23,905 nt of DNA from an uncultured Opitutales bacterium (GTDB lineage Bacteria; Verrucomicrobiota; Verrucomicrobiia; Opitutales; Intestinicryptomonadaceae): positions 1 through 23,905 of the forward strand of contig CAKUIA010000022.1 of assembly GCA_934660865.1 (NCBI GenBank), in the 5' to 3' direction. The first letter of the stretch is position 1. Every line of letters begins with the position of its first letter. The notes beneath the pieces were generated by a model. That model saw only the letters and a list, made by a program, of their open reading frames with translations. It did no database searches and was not told the origin of the DNA. Position numbers and translations under genes: made by a program. This document shows positions 23,566 through 23,905 of this stretch, one piece after another.

Positions 23566-23905
23566 AATATGTTGCAATTCTGTTTTTATTTTTATCATAA
23601 ACTGTACGAAATATCCCCGCAACTGACGCTAATTTAGTTTTAACCACATACTTTCCATCGGCAAAAATAATTTTTTGCGTCAGCTCGCCATTGTATTCGT
23701 CTTTTTCAAAAATCTCTGTTTTGCCATCGGGCAAATGCTTCATTTCGTATATCGTTTCGTCGTTTAGAACAGTTTTTACTTTTTCAAACTTTTCGTTATA
23801 AAAAATCTCCCTTACATTCCCCTCCGAGTCGCTTTCTCTGATTAGGTCGCCGTTGGGGTTGTAAAACCTTGTTTTTACTGTTTTCCATTCGCTTGCACCA
23901 TACGC
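23552..23905 (-). CDS. C-terminal 117 aa of a beta-hairpin repeat protein (YD/MORN-like repeats); 5' part outside the window
   Basis: My hand translation shows the frame of the 63-aa track ORF stays open to the window edge: AYGASEWKTVKTRFYNPNGDLIRESDSEGNVREIFYNEKFEKVKTVLNDETIYEMKHLPDGK...RTVYDKNKNRIATYYEEN. Units such as FYNPNGDLI and VYDKNKNRI recur. It overlaps the next gene by 14 nt. Confidence 0.45.
   Translation of the reverse strand, partial: AYGASEWKTVKTRFYNPNGDLIRESDSEGNVREIFYNEKFEKVKTVLNDETIYEMKHLPDGKTEIFEKDEYNGELTQKIIFADGKYVVKTKLASVAGIFRTVYDKNKNRIATYYEEN

Noticed and set aside
1-23905. CRISPR arrays, tRNA/rRNA genes, IS elements, toxin-antitoxin or restriction-modification genes
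   Set aside because: Reading both strands, I found no regularly spaced direct repeats, no tRNA-like T-arm/anticodon structures, no transposase-like ORFs and no nuclease or methylase motifs. Absence is based on visual inspection only and should be confirmed with tRNAscan-SE, Infernal, CRISPR finders and ISfinder.

Overview
This is a 23.9-kb chromosomal window from an unidentified diderm-type bacterium; ExbB/ExbD, an O-antigen-ligase-like protein, an HtrA protease and lipobox signals are all present. I recognised no rRNA, tRNA, CRISPR array or transposase. Layout, left to right: (1) the 3' end of a tyrosine-recombinase gene, then a secreted CBM + GH42-like glycosidase. (2) Convergent to these, a translationally coupled polytopic-membrane-protein/GTPase pair of unknown function, recalled as DUF2868/DUF3482-like. 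(3) A housekeeping block on the + strand: argH, acyl-ACP thioesterase, a membrane protein and gmk. (4) An HtrA/DegP-type protease on the - strand. (5) leuD-exbB-exbD joined by zero-nt TAGATG junctions, with no leuC and no tonB nearby. (6) A stand-alone gene for an exported 129-aa protein whose C-terminal 62 residues carry 15 Cys, with 17 Lys in the last 69 residues (metallothionein-like). (7) A YqaA-type membrane protein. (8) A seven-gene, overlap-coupled minus-strand operon in which most products carry a visible signal peptide or TM segments: two paralogous alpha/beta-hydrolases, a Wzy_C/O-antigen-ligase-like protein with an extra C-terminal domain, a rhodanese, a MauE/DoxX-type membrane protein, a 127-aa anchored protein and a 644-aa secreted helical protein. 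(9) From about 20.5 kb to the right edge, G+C drops sharply. My hand counts are 11-24 G+C per 60 nt here against 32-35 per 60 nt in the core. This AT-rich accessory segment encodes mainly signal-peptide proteins, including an HExxH lipoprotein that follows a YD-like repeat protein. The best candidates for something undescribed are the seven-gene envelope operon, the exported Cys/Lys-rich protein (possibly linked to the MauE/rhodanese module), the AT-rich exported-protein island with its shared promoter motif, and the membrane-protein/GTPase pair. All functional calls come from motif recognition by eye; no database search was possible.
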